From Negativicutes bacterium (GTDB lineage Bacteria; Bacillota; Negativicutes; Sporomusales; JAOACF01): a stretch of DNA of 64,000 nt. A model generated the notes under the pieces. It saw only the letters and a program-made list of their open reading frames with translations, did no database searches and was not told where the DNA came from. How positions within the stretch are numbered: the stretch's first letter is position 1; each line of letters starts with the position of its first letter. A program made the translations under genes and the position numbers. The DNA is taken from assembly GCA_026417995.1 (NCBI GenBank), contig JAOACF010000003.1:1737-65736 (forward strand). The letters are read 5' to 3'. Below are positions 1 through 8,778 of this stretch, piece after piece.

Positions 1-673
1 CGCCTTCGTAATGGAATTCTTCGCGGGTATCGGTACGCTTGTCCTCCAGCGAAATATAAATACCTTTATTAAGAAAAGCCAATTCGCGTAGTCGGTGCTT
101 TAATATATCGTAGTCGTAAACAGTTTCTTCAAAAATTTCGGCGTCCGGCTTAAAGGTCACCTTGGTACCGGTTTCGTTTGTTGCGCCGACCACCGTGATG
201 CCTTGTACGGTATTGCCGCGCGCAAAGCGCATCTGATATATTTTGCCGTCGCGCTTTACCTCTACTTCCAATTTCTCGCTGAGCGCATTGACGACCGATA
301 CGCCGACACCGTGCAAACCGCCTGATACTTTATAGCCTTCGCCGCCGAACTTGCCGCCGGCATGCAGAACGGTCATAACGACCTCCAGCGCCGATTTGCC
401 GATCTCATGCATGTCCACCGGAATACCGCGGCCATTATCCTCCACCGTTATACTGTTGTCAGAATGAATGGTAACTGCGACCCTGTCGCAGTAACCGGCC
501 AAAGCTTCGTCGATGCTGTTGTCGACAACTTCATATACCAGGTGATGCAGTCCCCGCGACGAGGTGCTGCCGATATACATGCCGGGACGTCTTCTGACTG
601 CTTCGAGCCCCTCGAGTACTTGAATCTGTTCGGCGCCATAATTGCCATTCACGGCCGTTTCATTGCTATTCAT
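1..673 (-). CDS. gyrB: DNA gyrase subunit B, N-terminal ~224 aa (gene continues beyond the left edge)
   Basis: Own translation of the minus strand from ATG (rc) at 671-673: [61 protein letters not shown]...[18 protein letters not shown]. It is absent from the ORF track because there is no stop inside the window. Confidence 0.95.
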   Translation of the reverse strand, partial: MNSNETAVNGNYGAEQIQVLEGLEAVRRRPGMYIGSTSSRGLHHLVYEVVDNSIDEALAGYCDRVAVTIHSDNSITVEDNGRGIPVDMHEIGKSALEVVMTVLHAGGKFGGEGYKVSGGLHGVGVSVVNALSEKLEVEVKRDGKIYQMRFARGNTVQGITVVGATNETGTKVTFKPDAEIFEETVYDYDILKHRLRELAFLNKGIYISLEDKRTDTREEFHYEG

Positions 674-729
674 AAAAACCTCCCACCATTTTCGCCAAAA
701 CACAAAGAAGACTTGGCGAAGGCCAAGCC

Positions 730-987
730 TTACTCTTCATAATCATCTTCCGGTATGGACCCTGCCCTTTTTTTCAGGGTCATGGAGGATATGGCCGAAA
801 AATATACATAATCATCAGTGACAACGAAGCTTTTCGGATGCCCTTCCGACACATCGATGACTTTGTTGGCCTTCCTCACTCTTTTTAAAAATTCATTATC
901 AATCCCGGCTTTTACCGACTTGATGTCCGCAATGGATATTACTTTCTTCATGGGAATAACGGTGCTGGCTCCCAGGTGCAGAAACAT
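730..987 (-). CDS. remB: DUF370 / RemB-like small protein
   Basis: [22 protein letters not shown]... resembles the DUF370 N-terminus. It holds the conserved position between recF and gyrB in Firmicutes. Confidence 0.75.
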   Translation of the reverse strand: MFLHLGASTVIPMKKVISIADIKSVKAGIDNEFLKRVRKANKVIDVSEGHPKSFVVTDDYVYFSAISSMTLKKRAGSIPEDDYEE

Positions 988-1816
988 ATTTTTTCCTCCT
1001 GAGCGATTGTAAAGTGTAGGCCACTAGCTCGGCGCCAATCTGTTCGGGTTTTTTTTGGTGCCTGAGCATGATATATGTATAAATTTCAATCCCATCTTCA
1101 CCGCTTTGGCTTATTTTTTGCGCCAATTCTGCCATTAATTCTTGTTTGACAAAATGAAAATTTTTTTCGCTGCAAGCAACAAAGCTGCACATACCCGCAT
1201 AATCGAGCCAGGGAACTTCGCTCAAAATCTGACGGATTTTTTGGCGTTCCCGTATTTTTTGCTCTAAGCTGCAAGCCGCGCACATTTTTTCGCCGGGAGG
1301 GCACAGCACCGTGCAGCAAGCGCATTGCTGCCAGTTTTCATTCGCCTTAATTTTGCGCAGCTTAAGCTCTTTTTTCAATACGGAATTAATTTTGCGCTTA
1401 AGCGCCTGATTTTTTACCAGGCCGGCCATTTGCTGTGCATACTGTTGTTCCGCTGTGCTAAGCTTTATCGCGTTTAGCTTGGCCGCGGCGTCGATTTTAT
1501 CCCCAACATTTTCTTCATTCTGGCAATTTTGTAAATATCCTGCTTTGAAGCGGATATCGGTAATATGTTTTTCCTCCAGAAAGGCGTTAACTTTATGGAT
1601 AATTTCCTGTTTTATGATTGACAGATGATGGCACCACGCCGAGTTATCAACCGCCACCAGGAGTACTCCCCGGTTTACCGCGATAACCCGCGCATGAGCG
1701 TAAATTTCTTCACCGGCTATCTCCCGCCAGTGAGCTGCCACCGATTTTTCCTGATACTGCTTGCGAATGCCCAGTTGCCCTAAAGCGTGCGGCAAAATAT
1801 CACTGAACTTTTTCAT
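899..1816 (-). CDS. DUF721-domain protein with a long C-terminal extension carrying a CxxC...CxxC zinc-ribbon-like motif
   Basis: Start chosen at MKKFSDILPHALGQLGI (ATG rc 1814-1816, SD GGAGTGAGG upstream). The N-terminal ~100 aa look DUF721-like. QQCACCTVLCPPGEKMCAACS is the Cys motif. The 3' end overlaps remB by 89 nt. Confidence 0.7.
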   Translation of the reverse strand: MKKFSDILPHALGQLGIRKQYQEKSVAAHWREIAGEEIYAHARVIAVNRGVLLVAVDNSAWCHHLSIIKQEIIHKVNAFLEEKHITDIRFKAGYLQNCQNEENVGDKIDAAAKLNAIKLSTAEQQYAQQMAGLVKNQALKRKINSVLKKELKLRKIKANENWQQCACCTVLCPPGEKMCAACSLEQKIRERQKIRQILSEVPWLDYAGMCSFVACSEKNFHFVKQELMAELAQKISQSGEDGIEIYTYIMLRHQKKPEQIGAELVAYTLQSLRRKKYVSAPGSQHRYSHEESNIHCGHQVGKSRD

Positions 1817-1820
1817 AGCC

Positions 1821-2918
1821 TCACTCCAGAATATTTCCTTGCGACACCCGGTAAAACTTGGCATATTTTATTTCCGGAAAGGCAGTAATATCCGTTGCGG
1901 TGATAAAGGTTTGGATCTTGTCCCGGATAAAAGACAACAAGTATTCGCGGCGGGAAGCATCCAACTCGCTCATGACGTCATCCAGCAGCAGAACAGGGTA
2001 TTCGCCTGTTTCTGACTTGATAAACTCCAGTTCCGCCAGCTTGAGCGCCAAAACGCCTGTGCGCTGCTGCCCCTGCGAGCCAAACACCCTTAGATTTTGA
2101 CCGTTTACCGACAGATAGATATCGTCACGATGCGGGCCGCTGCCGGTACTGCCCCGGGCAATATCGGCCAAGCGCTGCGAACTGAAGCTATCTTTAAAAA
2201 AAAGACAGAGATCGTCCGGGATTTTGCCCTCAGAACCCTGCAGCACATACTGCACTGACAAGTTCTCTTTGTTGCCTGTCAGTTTCCGGTGCATAAGGTT
2301 GGCCAGCATATTAAATTTTTTAACCGCTTCCAGACGCTTTTTAACAATTACTGCCGCCGTTGGGGCAAGCTGTTCGTCCCAGGCGTCCAATAATTCCGGA
2401 CCGGCTTTTTTTTCCCGGATTTTTTTGAGCAGGTGGTTGCGCTGCTGCAACATCCGGTTATATTGGCTAAGTTGCCGGTAATAGGCCGGGTTTGCCTGCG
2501 AGATTTCCACGTCCAAAAAACGCCGTCGCAGCGCCGGCGCGCCTTTGACCAGCAGCAGATCTTCCGGCGAAAACAGCACGACATTCAAAGTGCCGACAAT
2601 TTCCCGCGCTTTAATTGGATTGCCGTTCCATAGTATTTCCTTATTTTGGTCTTTTATAAACTTAAACATCAGGCTATGGTCAATATCCTGGCGTTGGAAG
2701 GCAATTTCCACAAGCGCCGCGCTTTGTTCCCAACGGATCAGATCGTCATCCGCATGCGTGCGGTGGGAGCGTCCCATCGCCCCGGTGTATATCGCTTCGA
2801 GGATATTGGTTTTACCCTGGGCGTTGGCACCGGTGAAAATGACAATATTATGGTTAAATGGCAGCGTAAGCGCATGGTAATTGCGAAAATTGCGGAGCGT
2901 CAGCCTGGTTACGCGCAT
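1821..2918 (-). CDS. recF: DNA replication/repair protein RecF
   Basis: MRVTRLTLRNFRNYHALTL...FTGANAQGKTNILEAIY (Walker A); dnaN-recF synteny. Confidence 0.95.
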   Translation of the reverse strand: MRVTRLTLRNFRNYHALTLPFNHNIVIFTGANAQGKTNILEAIYTGAMGRSHRTHADDDLIRWEQSAALVEIAFQRQDIDHSLMFKFIKDQNKEILWNGNPIKAREIVGTLNVVLFSPEDLLLVKGAPALRRRFLDVEISQANPAYYRQLSQYNRMLQQRNHLLKKIREKKAGPELLDAWDEQLAPTAAVIVKKRLEAVKKFNMLANLMHRKLTGNKENLSVQYVLQGSEGKIPDDLCLFFKDSFSSQRLADIARGSTGSGPHRDDIYLSVNGQNLRVFGSQGQQRTGVLALKLAELEFIKSETGEYPVLLLDDVMSELDASRREYLLSFIRDKIQTFITATDITAFPEIKYAKFYRVSQGNILE

Positions 2919-2922
2919 GCTT

Positions 2923-3141
2923 TCACCCCGCGGCAGTAACGGTCCATTTCCCGACTCCTTTTAGTTCCACCACATCGCCGGGGAAAATCTTTTTGCGACG
3001 CTCGGTCACGACAGCTCCGTTCACTGTCAGCTGTTTTTCTGCCAGCATGGGTTTAACCTGGCCGCCGGTCTCAATAATTCCGGCCCATTTCAGCAATTGA
3101 TCAAGTTGGATGGATGGCGAGTGGATCGCGATTTCGTCCAT
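2923..3141 (-). CDS. yaaA: S4-domain RNA-binding protein YaaA
   Basis: 72 aa, S4-like fold signature (LDQLLKWAGIIETGGQVKPML...V.VNG), located between dnaN and recF. Confidence 0.85.
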   Translation of the reverse strand: MDEIAIHSPSIQLDQLLKWAGIIETGGQVKPMLAEKQLTVNGAVVTERRKKIFPGDVVELKGVGKWTVTAAG

Positions 3142-3152
3142 AATTATAGCTC

Positions 3153-4265
3153 CTAATTAGTCCGCACCGGTGTAATGATATATGTATAGTTTTCATCGTC
3201 TACCGGTTTTATTAAGGCCGGGCTCAGCGGCGTATTCAGCGAAAAATAAAGGTCGTCGCTGTCAATATTCTTGAGGATGTCGGTTACATAGCGCGCATTG
3301 AAGGCAATTTCAATATCGTTGCCGGAGATTTCTCCCGGCACTGTCTCAAAGGCTTTGCCGATATCCGGATTGTTGGAGGTAATAGTTATCGTCTGATTGG
3401 CAAAATTGAATTTGATAACATTATATTCGCCTTCGCGGGCAAGCAGGGATACGCGCTCAACCGCAGCGAGGAAATCGCGGGTATTTACTTTGACTACGGT
3501 GTTGAAGCTGGCGGGAATGACCTTGTTGTAATCGGGGAACTGGCCTTCGATCAGGCGGGAAATAATATAAATGTCATCAAAAGCAAACATAACCTGATTT
3601 TTGAGCCAATATACGCTAACATTCATCGGTTCTTCATAATTTAGCACCCGGGCTAATTCGTTTAAAATTTTGGCGGGGATGATCATCTTGACCGGGCTGT
3701 CCACATTGCTTTCCAAAGACGCCTTCTTGAGCGCTAGCCGGTGCGTGTTGGTAGCGACAAGGCGTATGCCGTTTTCGTCCGCCTCCAGCAGACCGCCGGT
3801 GAAAATAGGTCGTGCTTCATCGGTTGAGCAGGCGAAAATTGTTTTGCGGATTAAATCACGCATGACTTCGTCTTTGACGGAGAGCAAATTATCGCCGACA
3901 GGACGTCTTAAAACAGGAAACTCTTCTGCCGGCAGACTTAAAAGGTTAAACTGCGACATGCCGGCGGTAATTTTGATGGTGCGGTCTTCTTTACTTGATT
4001 CAATATTTACTATGTCACCGGGCATTCTTCTTACCATTTCTTGGAAATATTTACCAGATAATACAATTTCTCCTGGTTCGTGCACGGCAGCGTCAATGGT
4101 GCAGCTAATACCGATCTCATAGTCGGTCGCCTGCAGTTCTACTTTATTATTGTGCGCCGCTAAATAGATACCCGTCAATATCGGCAGCGGCGTTTTTGCG
4201 GCAACTGCTTTTTGCACCGCTTGCACGGCATAGTTAAGCTTGTCTTTGGCACAGGTAATTTTCAT
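3153..4265 (-). CDS. dnaN: DNA polymerase III beta sliding clamp
   Basis: Start trimmed to MKITCAKDKLNYAVQAVQKAV (ATG rc 4263-4265, SD GGAGGT upstream). The track ORF extends 27 codons further upstream. Confidence 0.95.
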   Translation of the reverse strand: MKITCAKDKLNYAVQAVQKAVAAKTPLPILTGIYLAAHNNKVELQATDYEIGISCTIDAAVHEPGEIVLSGKYFQEMVRRMPGDIVNIESSKEDRTIKITAGMSQFNLLSLPAEEFPVLRRPVGDNLLSVKDEVMRDLIRKTIFACSTDEARPIFTGGLLEADENGIRLVATNTHRLALKKASLESNVDSPVKMIIPAKILNELARVLNYEEPMNVSVYWLKNQVMFAFDDIYIISRLIEGQFPDYNKVIPASFNTVVKVNTRDFLAAVERVSLLAREGEYNVIKFNFANQTITITSNNPDIGKAFETVPGEISGNDIEIAFNARYVTDILKNIDSDDLYFSLNTPLSPALIKPVDDENYTYIITPVRTN

Positions 4266-4339
4266 TTTGTGTGTACCTCCGTGACATAGTATTACGTTAG
4301 AAAGCATAAAATAAAATTTAGTCGTAATAGCCGTAGGGC

Positions 4340-4501
4340 CTGTCAATATGTGAATATGCGCCGCCGGCCGTGTCGAATCATAAGGAGCGGTTGTGCATAA
4401 CTTGTCGATAAGTAACTGTTTTTTATGCTATGATTCCACATTTTTTCGCAATGCCCTTTATTCACAAAAGTATCTACAGAATATTAAGGGGGTTATCAAC
4501 A
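4340..4501. promoter_or_regulatory. DnaA-box cluster in the dnaA-dnaN spacer (second half of a bipartite oriC)
   Basis: Matches to TTATNCACA: 4392-4400 TGTGCATAA (rc perfect) and 4458-4466 TTATTCACA (perfect). One-mismatch boxes lie at 4349-4357, 4403-4411 and 4493-4501. An AT-rich tract sits at 4295-4325. Confidence 0.7.
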
Positions 4502-5917
4502 GGAATTTTCGATTTTCTTGATTAATTCTTTGAGCGTATTGTTAAGTTTGTTGTCTTCATTGCGTTCGCGGCTGATTTTTTCATGTGCATGAATGACTGT
4601 TGTATGGTCGCGGCCGCCGAATAGTTCGCCAATACGCGGCAGTGATGCTTCGGTAAGCTCGCGGCACAAATACATTGCGATTTGGCGAGGATAAGCGACA
4701 TTGCGCGTCCTTTTTTTAGCGAGTAGTTCGTCCCTTTTAATTTTAAAATACGCGGCGACAACCTCTTGAATGATTTCGGTGGTGATTTGCTTGGGACGGC
4801 TGTTAGGAAAAATATCTTTCAGCGCTTCAGTCGCCAGGTCCATGTCGATGGGCTGGTTGATGAGCGAGGCATAAGCGATTACCCGGATCAGTGCGCCTTC
4901 GAGCTCGCGGATATTATTGTCGATCCGGCTGGCGATGTATACCATCACTTCGTTAGGAATATTCAGGTTTTCCAACATTGCTTTTTTGCGGAGGATGGCA
5001 ATCCGCGTCTCCAGGTCGGGCGCTTGGATGTCGGTGATGAGGCCCCATTCAAAACGGGAGCGCAGCCTGTCTTCAAGCAGCGGAATTTCCCGCGGCGGCC
5101 GGTCGCTGGAAATTACGATTTGCTTATTGGCCTCATGCAGTGTATTGAAAGTGTGGAAAAATTCTTCCTGCGTATGTTCTTTTTTCGACAAAAACTGGAT
5201 GTCGTCAATTAAGAGAACATCAATTGTCCGGTATCGCTGGCGAAAATTTTCGGGGTTGCCGTCCCGGATGGAGTTAATCAGGTCGTTTGTGAATTTTTCG
5301 CTTGAGATATACATAACTTTGGTATTGGGATGGCTTTGCAAAATACGGTGGCCGATGGCATGCATGAGATGGGTCTTGCCCAGACCGACGCCGCCGTAAA
5401 TAAAGAAAGGATTGTAAACTTTTGCCGGAACTTCGGCTACGGCCAGCGAAGCGGCATGGGCGAAACGGTTGGAGTTGCCGATGACAAAGGTCTCAAATTT
5501 ATATTTGGGATTGAGCGTGGCGCAGGGGTCGTCAAACAGCGATTTAGCAAGCGAAACCGTTTTGTTTTCCTGTTTGGTTGCCGCTTGTTGCGGCTGCGTT
5601 TCTGCCGGAACGGGAACGGGTTCCGCAGCTTTGGCGGACGATGCCGGTTCCTCGAGATCCAGGTTGATAAATTTAACGGTTACTTGTTTTTGCGTTACAT
5701 ATTGCACGGTATTTTGAATTATTCCCGTGTAGCGTGTTTCCAGCCAGTCTTTGATAAACTTCTTGGGAGTACCGATTTCCATCGTGGTATCTGTAAGCGA
5801 AAGGGGGATGGTGGATTTAATCCAGGTGTCAAATATGGGCTTAATAGTCTCTTTTTCCAGGATTGACAGTACTTGTTCCCAGACGTCGGCGATGCTGGCG
5901 TTAGCCATTGGTGTCAT
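4496..5917 (-). CDS. dnaA: Chromosomal replication initiator DnaA
   Basis: AAA+ motifs [26 protein letters not shown], and the C-terminal DnaA-box-binding domain. An alternative start is the second ATG at 5908 ([13 protein letters not shown]). Confidence 0.97.
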   Translation of the reverse strand: MTPMANASIADVWEQVLSILEKETIKPIFDTWIKSTIPLSLTDTTMEIGTPKKFIKDWLETRYTGIIQNTVQYVTQKQVTVKFINLDLEEPASSAKAAEPVPVPAETQPQQAATKQENKTVSLAKSLFDDPCATLNPKYKFETFVIGNSNRFAHAASLAVAEVPAKVYNPFFIYGGVGLGKTHLMHAIGHRILQSHPNTKVMYISSEKFTNDLINSIRDGNPENFRQRYRTIDVLLIDDIQFLSKKEHTQEEFFHTFNTLHEANKQIVISSDRPPREIPLLEDRLRSRFEWGLITDIQAPDLETRIAILRKKAMLENLNIPNEVMVYIASRIDNNIRELEGALIRVIAYASLINQPIDMDLATEALKDIFPNSRPKQITTEIIQEVVAAYFKIKRDELLAKKRTRNVAYPRQIAMYLCRELTEASLPRIGELFGGRDHTTVIHAHEKISRERNEDNKLNNTLKELIKKIENSC

Positions 5918-6383
5918 CCTTTCCTAAAACCAATTTCGGGGAAGAAATCAACATAACTTATCCACAATATAATTCACACTTGTGAATAATTATGGTAAAT
6001 TTAGGGTATTTAAGCGAAAAAAAAATACAATAGCGGCTCGGGTGAATGCCGCCCTGTTGTATTTTCTCTGTAAAGTTATGATATTGGGTAAATTGGGGAT
6101 AACTTTGTGGATAAATCAAAATTATGTGAATAACTTTTAGATTTATGTAGATAATAAACAGAATTAATGCTTTGAATTTTGTCTAATTCTCTTTAATCTT
6201 AGCAAAAGGCGGCAAAGTTATCAACAAATATTTCGGTCAAATTTTAATGATTTACTTATTTATCCACAGGTGTGAATTGCCAATCTTCTTGACTCTCTCC
6301 GACTCCTAGTCTATAATCTTGATAGTAAAGGCTTAATGCTTATAATGGGTTTTTCCGCTTTGCCGCAAGGAGGTGTGAAATAG
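5918..6383. promoter_or_regulatory. oriC: oriC, dnaA-upstream DnaA-box cluster
   Basis: Perfect boxes: 5958-5966 TTATCCACA, 5981-5989 TGTGAATAA, 6106-6114 TGTGGATAA, 6125-6133 TGTGAATAA, 6260-6268 TTATCCACA. One-mismatch boxes: 5970-5978, 6146-6154, 6218-6226. The region is strongly AT-rich and non-coding, between divergent dnaA and rpmH. Confidence 0.85.
6289..6317 (+). promoter_or_regulatory. sigmaA-type promoter of rpmH
   Basis: TTGACT (6289-6294), 17 nt spacer, TATAAT (6312-6317). Confidence 0.6.
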
Positions 6384-6518
6384 ATGAAAAGAACTTATCA
6401 ACCCAATACACTGTGGAGAAAAAGAACGCATGGTTTTCGTGAGCGCATGAAAACGCTCGGTGGTCGTCTCGTTCTTAAGCGGAGACGTGCCAAAGGCAGA
6501 AAGAAGCTATCTGCATAG
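6384..6518 (+). CDS. rpmH: 50S ribosomal protein L34
   Basis: Own translation: [44 protein letters not shown] (44 aa). SD AAGGAGGTG upstream. Below the length cut-off of the ORF track. Confidence 0.95.
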   Translation: MKRTYQPNTLWRKRTHGFRERMKTLGGRLVLKRRRAKGRKKLSA

Positions 6519-6546
6519 TAGGCCGCTAGACGTGGCCTATTTTTGC
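6519..6546 (+). terminator. Intrinsic terminator/attenuator after rpmH
   Basis: AGGCCGC-TAGA-CGTGGCCT stem (one G-U pair) followed by ATTTTTG. Confidence 0.55.
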
Positions 6547-6731
6547 ATATTACCGGACAATGGGATATTCCCGCGCGATCGCGATTTAGGAAAATAACAG
6601 AATTCCTTTGCTTGTAAAACGGGGCCGGTGTCCGGACAGTCAGGCAAGGCGGCGTTTTGCACCGCTGCGGCGGTGAGATCGACGTGAACTAGGTTTTTTC
6701 CTCATTCAGGATACAGGCTTATGCTGAATAA

Positions 6732-7121
6732 GTGCAATGTGATGAAGGGCTGAAACGCCGGGTGAAGGTACAAAGCTTCAAATTCAGCAAGGATAATATT
6801 TTACGCCAGAACCGTCAGTTCCAGGCGGTATATAAATCCGGCAAATCGTACGCTAACCGCTTTTTAGTTCTATATGTGCTTCCCCGCCCGTCGGCGAAGC
6901 GCCAAGTTGGCTTTGCCGTAGGCAAGCGTCTGGGCGGCGCTGTGGTGCGGAACCGGGTGAAGCGTCTGTTGCGCGAAGCTTTCCGGCTTAATCAGCACCG
7001 CTTTAAAAGCGGCATGGATTTAGTGCTTATCGCCCGGCAGCCTGTTTTGCACTTGGAATTTGCCGATGTAGTCAAGGCGCTGCTGGACGTAGCCGGCAAG
7101 GCCAATATTCTTGCGGAGTAG
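6732..7121 (+). CDS. rnpA: RNase P protein component
   Basis: LRQNRQFQAVYKSGKSYANRFLVLYV...VGFAVGKRLGGAVVRNRVKRLLREAF (RNase P protein signature). The start is uncertain: GTG 6732 or GTG 6762, and neither has a good SD. Confidence 0.85.
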   Translation: MQCDEGLKRRVKVQSFKFSKDNILRQNRQFQAVYKSGKSYANRFLVLYVLPRPSAKRQVGFAVGKRLGGAVVRNRVKRLLREAFRLNQHRFKSGMDLVLIARQPVLHLEFADVVKALLDVAGKANILAE

Positions 7122-7124
7122 TAT

Positions 7125-7331
7125 ATGAAACGCATAGTCATCGGGTTAATCTTGTTTTATCGCCATTTCCTGTCTCCGCTGAAACCGCCGACATGCCGCT
7201 TTGTTCCGACATGTTCGGAGTATGCTTTGCTTGCGGTTGAGAAATTCGGGGTAGCCCAGGGAATCAAACTCGCTGTCAGGCGCGTTTTGCGCTGTCATCC
7301 GTTTCATCCCGGCGGCTATGATCCTATTTGA
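7125..7331 (+). CDS. yidD: Membrane protein insertion efficiency factor YidD
   Basis: 68 aa, ...[23 protein letters not shown]...[12 protein letters not shown]. Confidence 0.9.
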   Translation: MKRIVIGLILFYRHFLSPLKPPTCRFVPTCSEYALLAVEKFGVAQGIKLAVRRVLRCHPFHPGGYDPI

Positions 7332-7367
7332 GTTTCGGTGCAGGATATAAACGAGGAGTGATTTTTT

Positions 7368-8018
7368 TTGTTTGATTGGTTTATCAGTATTATGGCATCG
7401 GCCCTAACCTTTTTTTATAACCTGACGGCGACACTCGGCTTTGCCAACTATGGTGTAGCCATTATCCTCCTGACAATAGCGATTAAAATGGCCATATACC
7501 CGTTAACTGCGAAATCCGTCCGGTCGATGAAAGCGATGCAGGAAATTCAGCCAAAAATGAAAGCCCTGCAGGAAAAATATAAGGGAAATCCGGAAAAACT
7601 AAATAAAGAATTGGCTGCGCTTTATAAAGAATCAGGGGTAAACCCGCTTTCGGGATGTTTGCCCATGCTGCTGCAGATGCCGATACTGATTGCGATTTTC
7701 TTCGCTATCCGCGACTTTCAGTATTTGCACCAGCCTTCTTTCCTGATTTGGACTAATTTAGGCCAGCCTGATACTACGTACATACTGCCGGTGCTGGCGG
7801 CGCTGACCACATACTACCAATCCAAACAAACGACCACCGACATGACTTCACAGCAAAACAAAATGATGCTGTATATGATGCCGCTGTTTATTGGCTATAT
7901 TACGACGCAATTCCCGGCCGGGCTGGGATTATATTGGGTTGTCAGCAACTTAGTCCAGATAGCGCAGCAATGGTGGATGTACCGCAAGCCGGCGGCAGCC
8001 ACAGGGGAGGCTAAATAA
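7368..8018 (+). CDS. yidC: YidC/OxaA/SpoIIIJ membrane insertase
   Basis: YPLTAKSVRSMKAMQEIQPKMKALQEKYKGNPEKLNKELAALYKESGVNPLSGCLPMLLQMPI. TTG start in the track; ATG 7392 is an alternative. Confidence 0.9.
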   Translation: MFDWFISIMASALTFFYNLTATLGFANYGVAIILLTIAIKMAIYPLTAKSVRSMKAMQEIQPKMKALQEKYKGNPEKLNKELAALYKESGVNPLSGCLPMLLQMPILIAIFFAIRDFQYLHQPSFLIWTNLGQPDTTYILPVLAALTTYYQSKQTTTDMTSQQNKMMLYMMPLFIGYITTQFPAGLGLYWVVSNLVQIAQQWWMYRKPAAATGEAK

Positions 8019-8021
8019 TCC

Positions 8022-8714
8022 ATGACACCGCTTGAAAAAACCGGTAAGACTGTTGAGGACGCGGTTAATTCGGCTCTGGCCGAATTAGGCGTGTCGCTTG
8101 AACGCGTGGAAGTTGAGGTACTCGAGGAACCCAGTAAAGGGTTGTTTGGTTTTCTTGGCTCGAAACCTGCCAGAGTCAGAGTTACGCTCAAGCCGGAAGC
8201 TCCCAAAATGACGGAGGCAGTTAAGCAGACCGTGAAAACAGCCGGAGCGAAACCTGCTGCCGGCACAGACGCGGTTCAGGTGGCTAAAAACTTGCTCACG
8301 GACATCTTCCGGACAATGAAGCTCAAGGTCATGATTGAAAAAATGACGCAGGAAGACCATGTGGTGCTTAATTTGCGGGGCAATGACTTGGGCGTATTAA
8401 TCGGCAAACATGGCCAAACGCTTGATGCACTCCAGTATTTAGTCAATCTGGCGGCGAATAAGGACGCAGATACGCGGGTGCGCATCGTGCTCGATGTGGA
8501 AAATTATCGCAAGCGCCGCGCCGCAACGCTAACCCAACTGGCTGAGCGGTTGGCGGACAGGGTTAAGCGCCGCGGTGAGCGTGTCGTGCTTGAGCCGATG
8601 AGTCCGCATGAGCGCAAGATTATTCACATGGCCCTGCAGCAGGATCCCCGGATCAGCACCTACAGTGAAGGGGAAGAACCTTTCCGCAAGGTTGTCATTG
8701 CGTTAAAAAAATAG
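8022..8714 (+). CDS. jag: Jag/KhpB RNA-binding protein (Jag_N, KH, R3H)
   Basis: Conserved position after yidC. The C-terminal R3H-like segment is EPMSPHERKIIHMALQ. Confidence 0.85.
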   Translation: MTPLEKTGKTVEDAVNSALAELGVSLERVEVEVLEEPSKGLFGFLGSKPARVRVTLKPEAPKMTEAVKQTVKTAGAKPAAGTDAVQVAKNLLTDIFRTMKLKVMIEKMTQEDHVVLNLRGNDLGVLIGKHGQTLDALQYLVNLAANKDADTRVRIVLDVENYRKRRAATLTQLAERLADRVKRRGERVVLEPMSPHERKIIHMALQQDPRISTYSEGEEPFRKVVIALKK

Positions 8715-8728
8715 TTTTTGGTAATGAT

Positions 8729-8758
8729 AAAACCCAGTAAAAAGTTACTGGGTTTTTC
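8729..8758 (+). terminator. Intrinsic terminator after jag
   Basis: AACCCAGTAA-AAAG-TTACTGGGTT followed by TTTT. Confidence 0.75.
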
Positions 8759-8778
8759 AGCATATTGAGGTGGAATGC

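Noticed and set aside
4371-4377. Spo0A-box-like TGTCGAA heptamers (also at 13714-13720 and 39675-39681).
   Set aside because: About eight occurrences of any 7-mer are expected by chance on both strands of 64 kb, so this is not evidence on its own.
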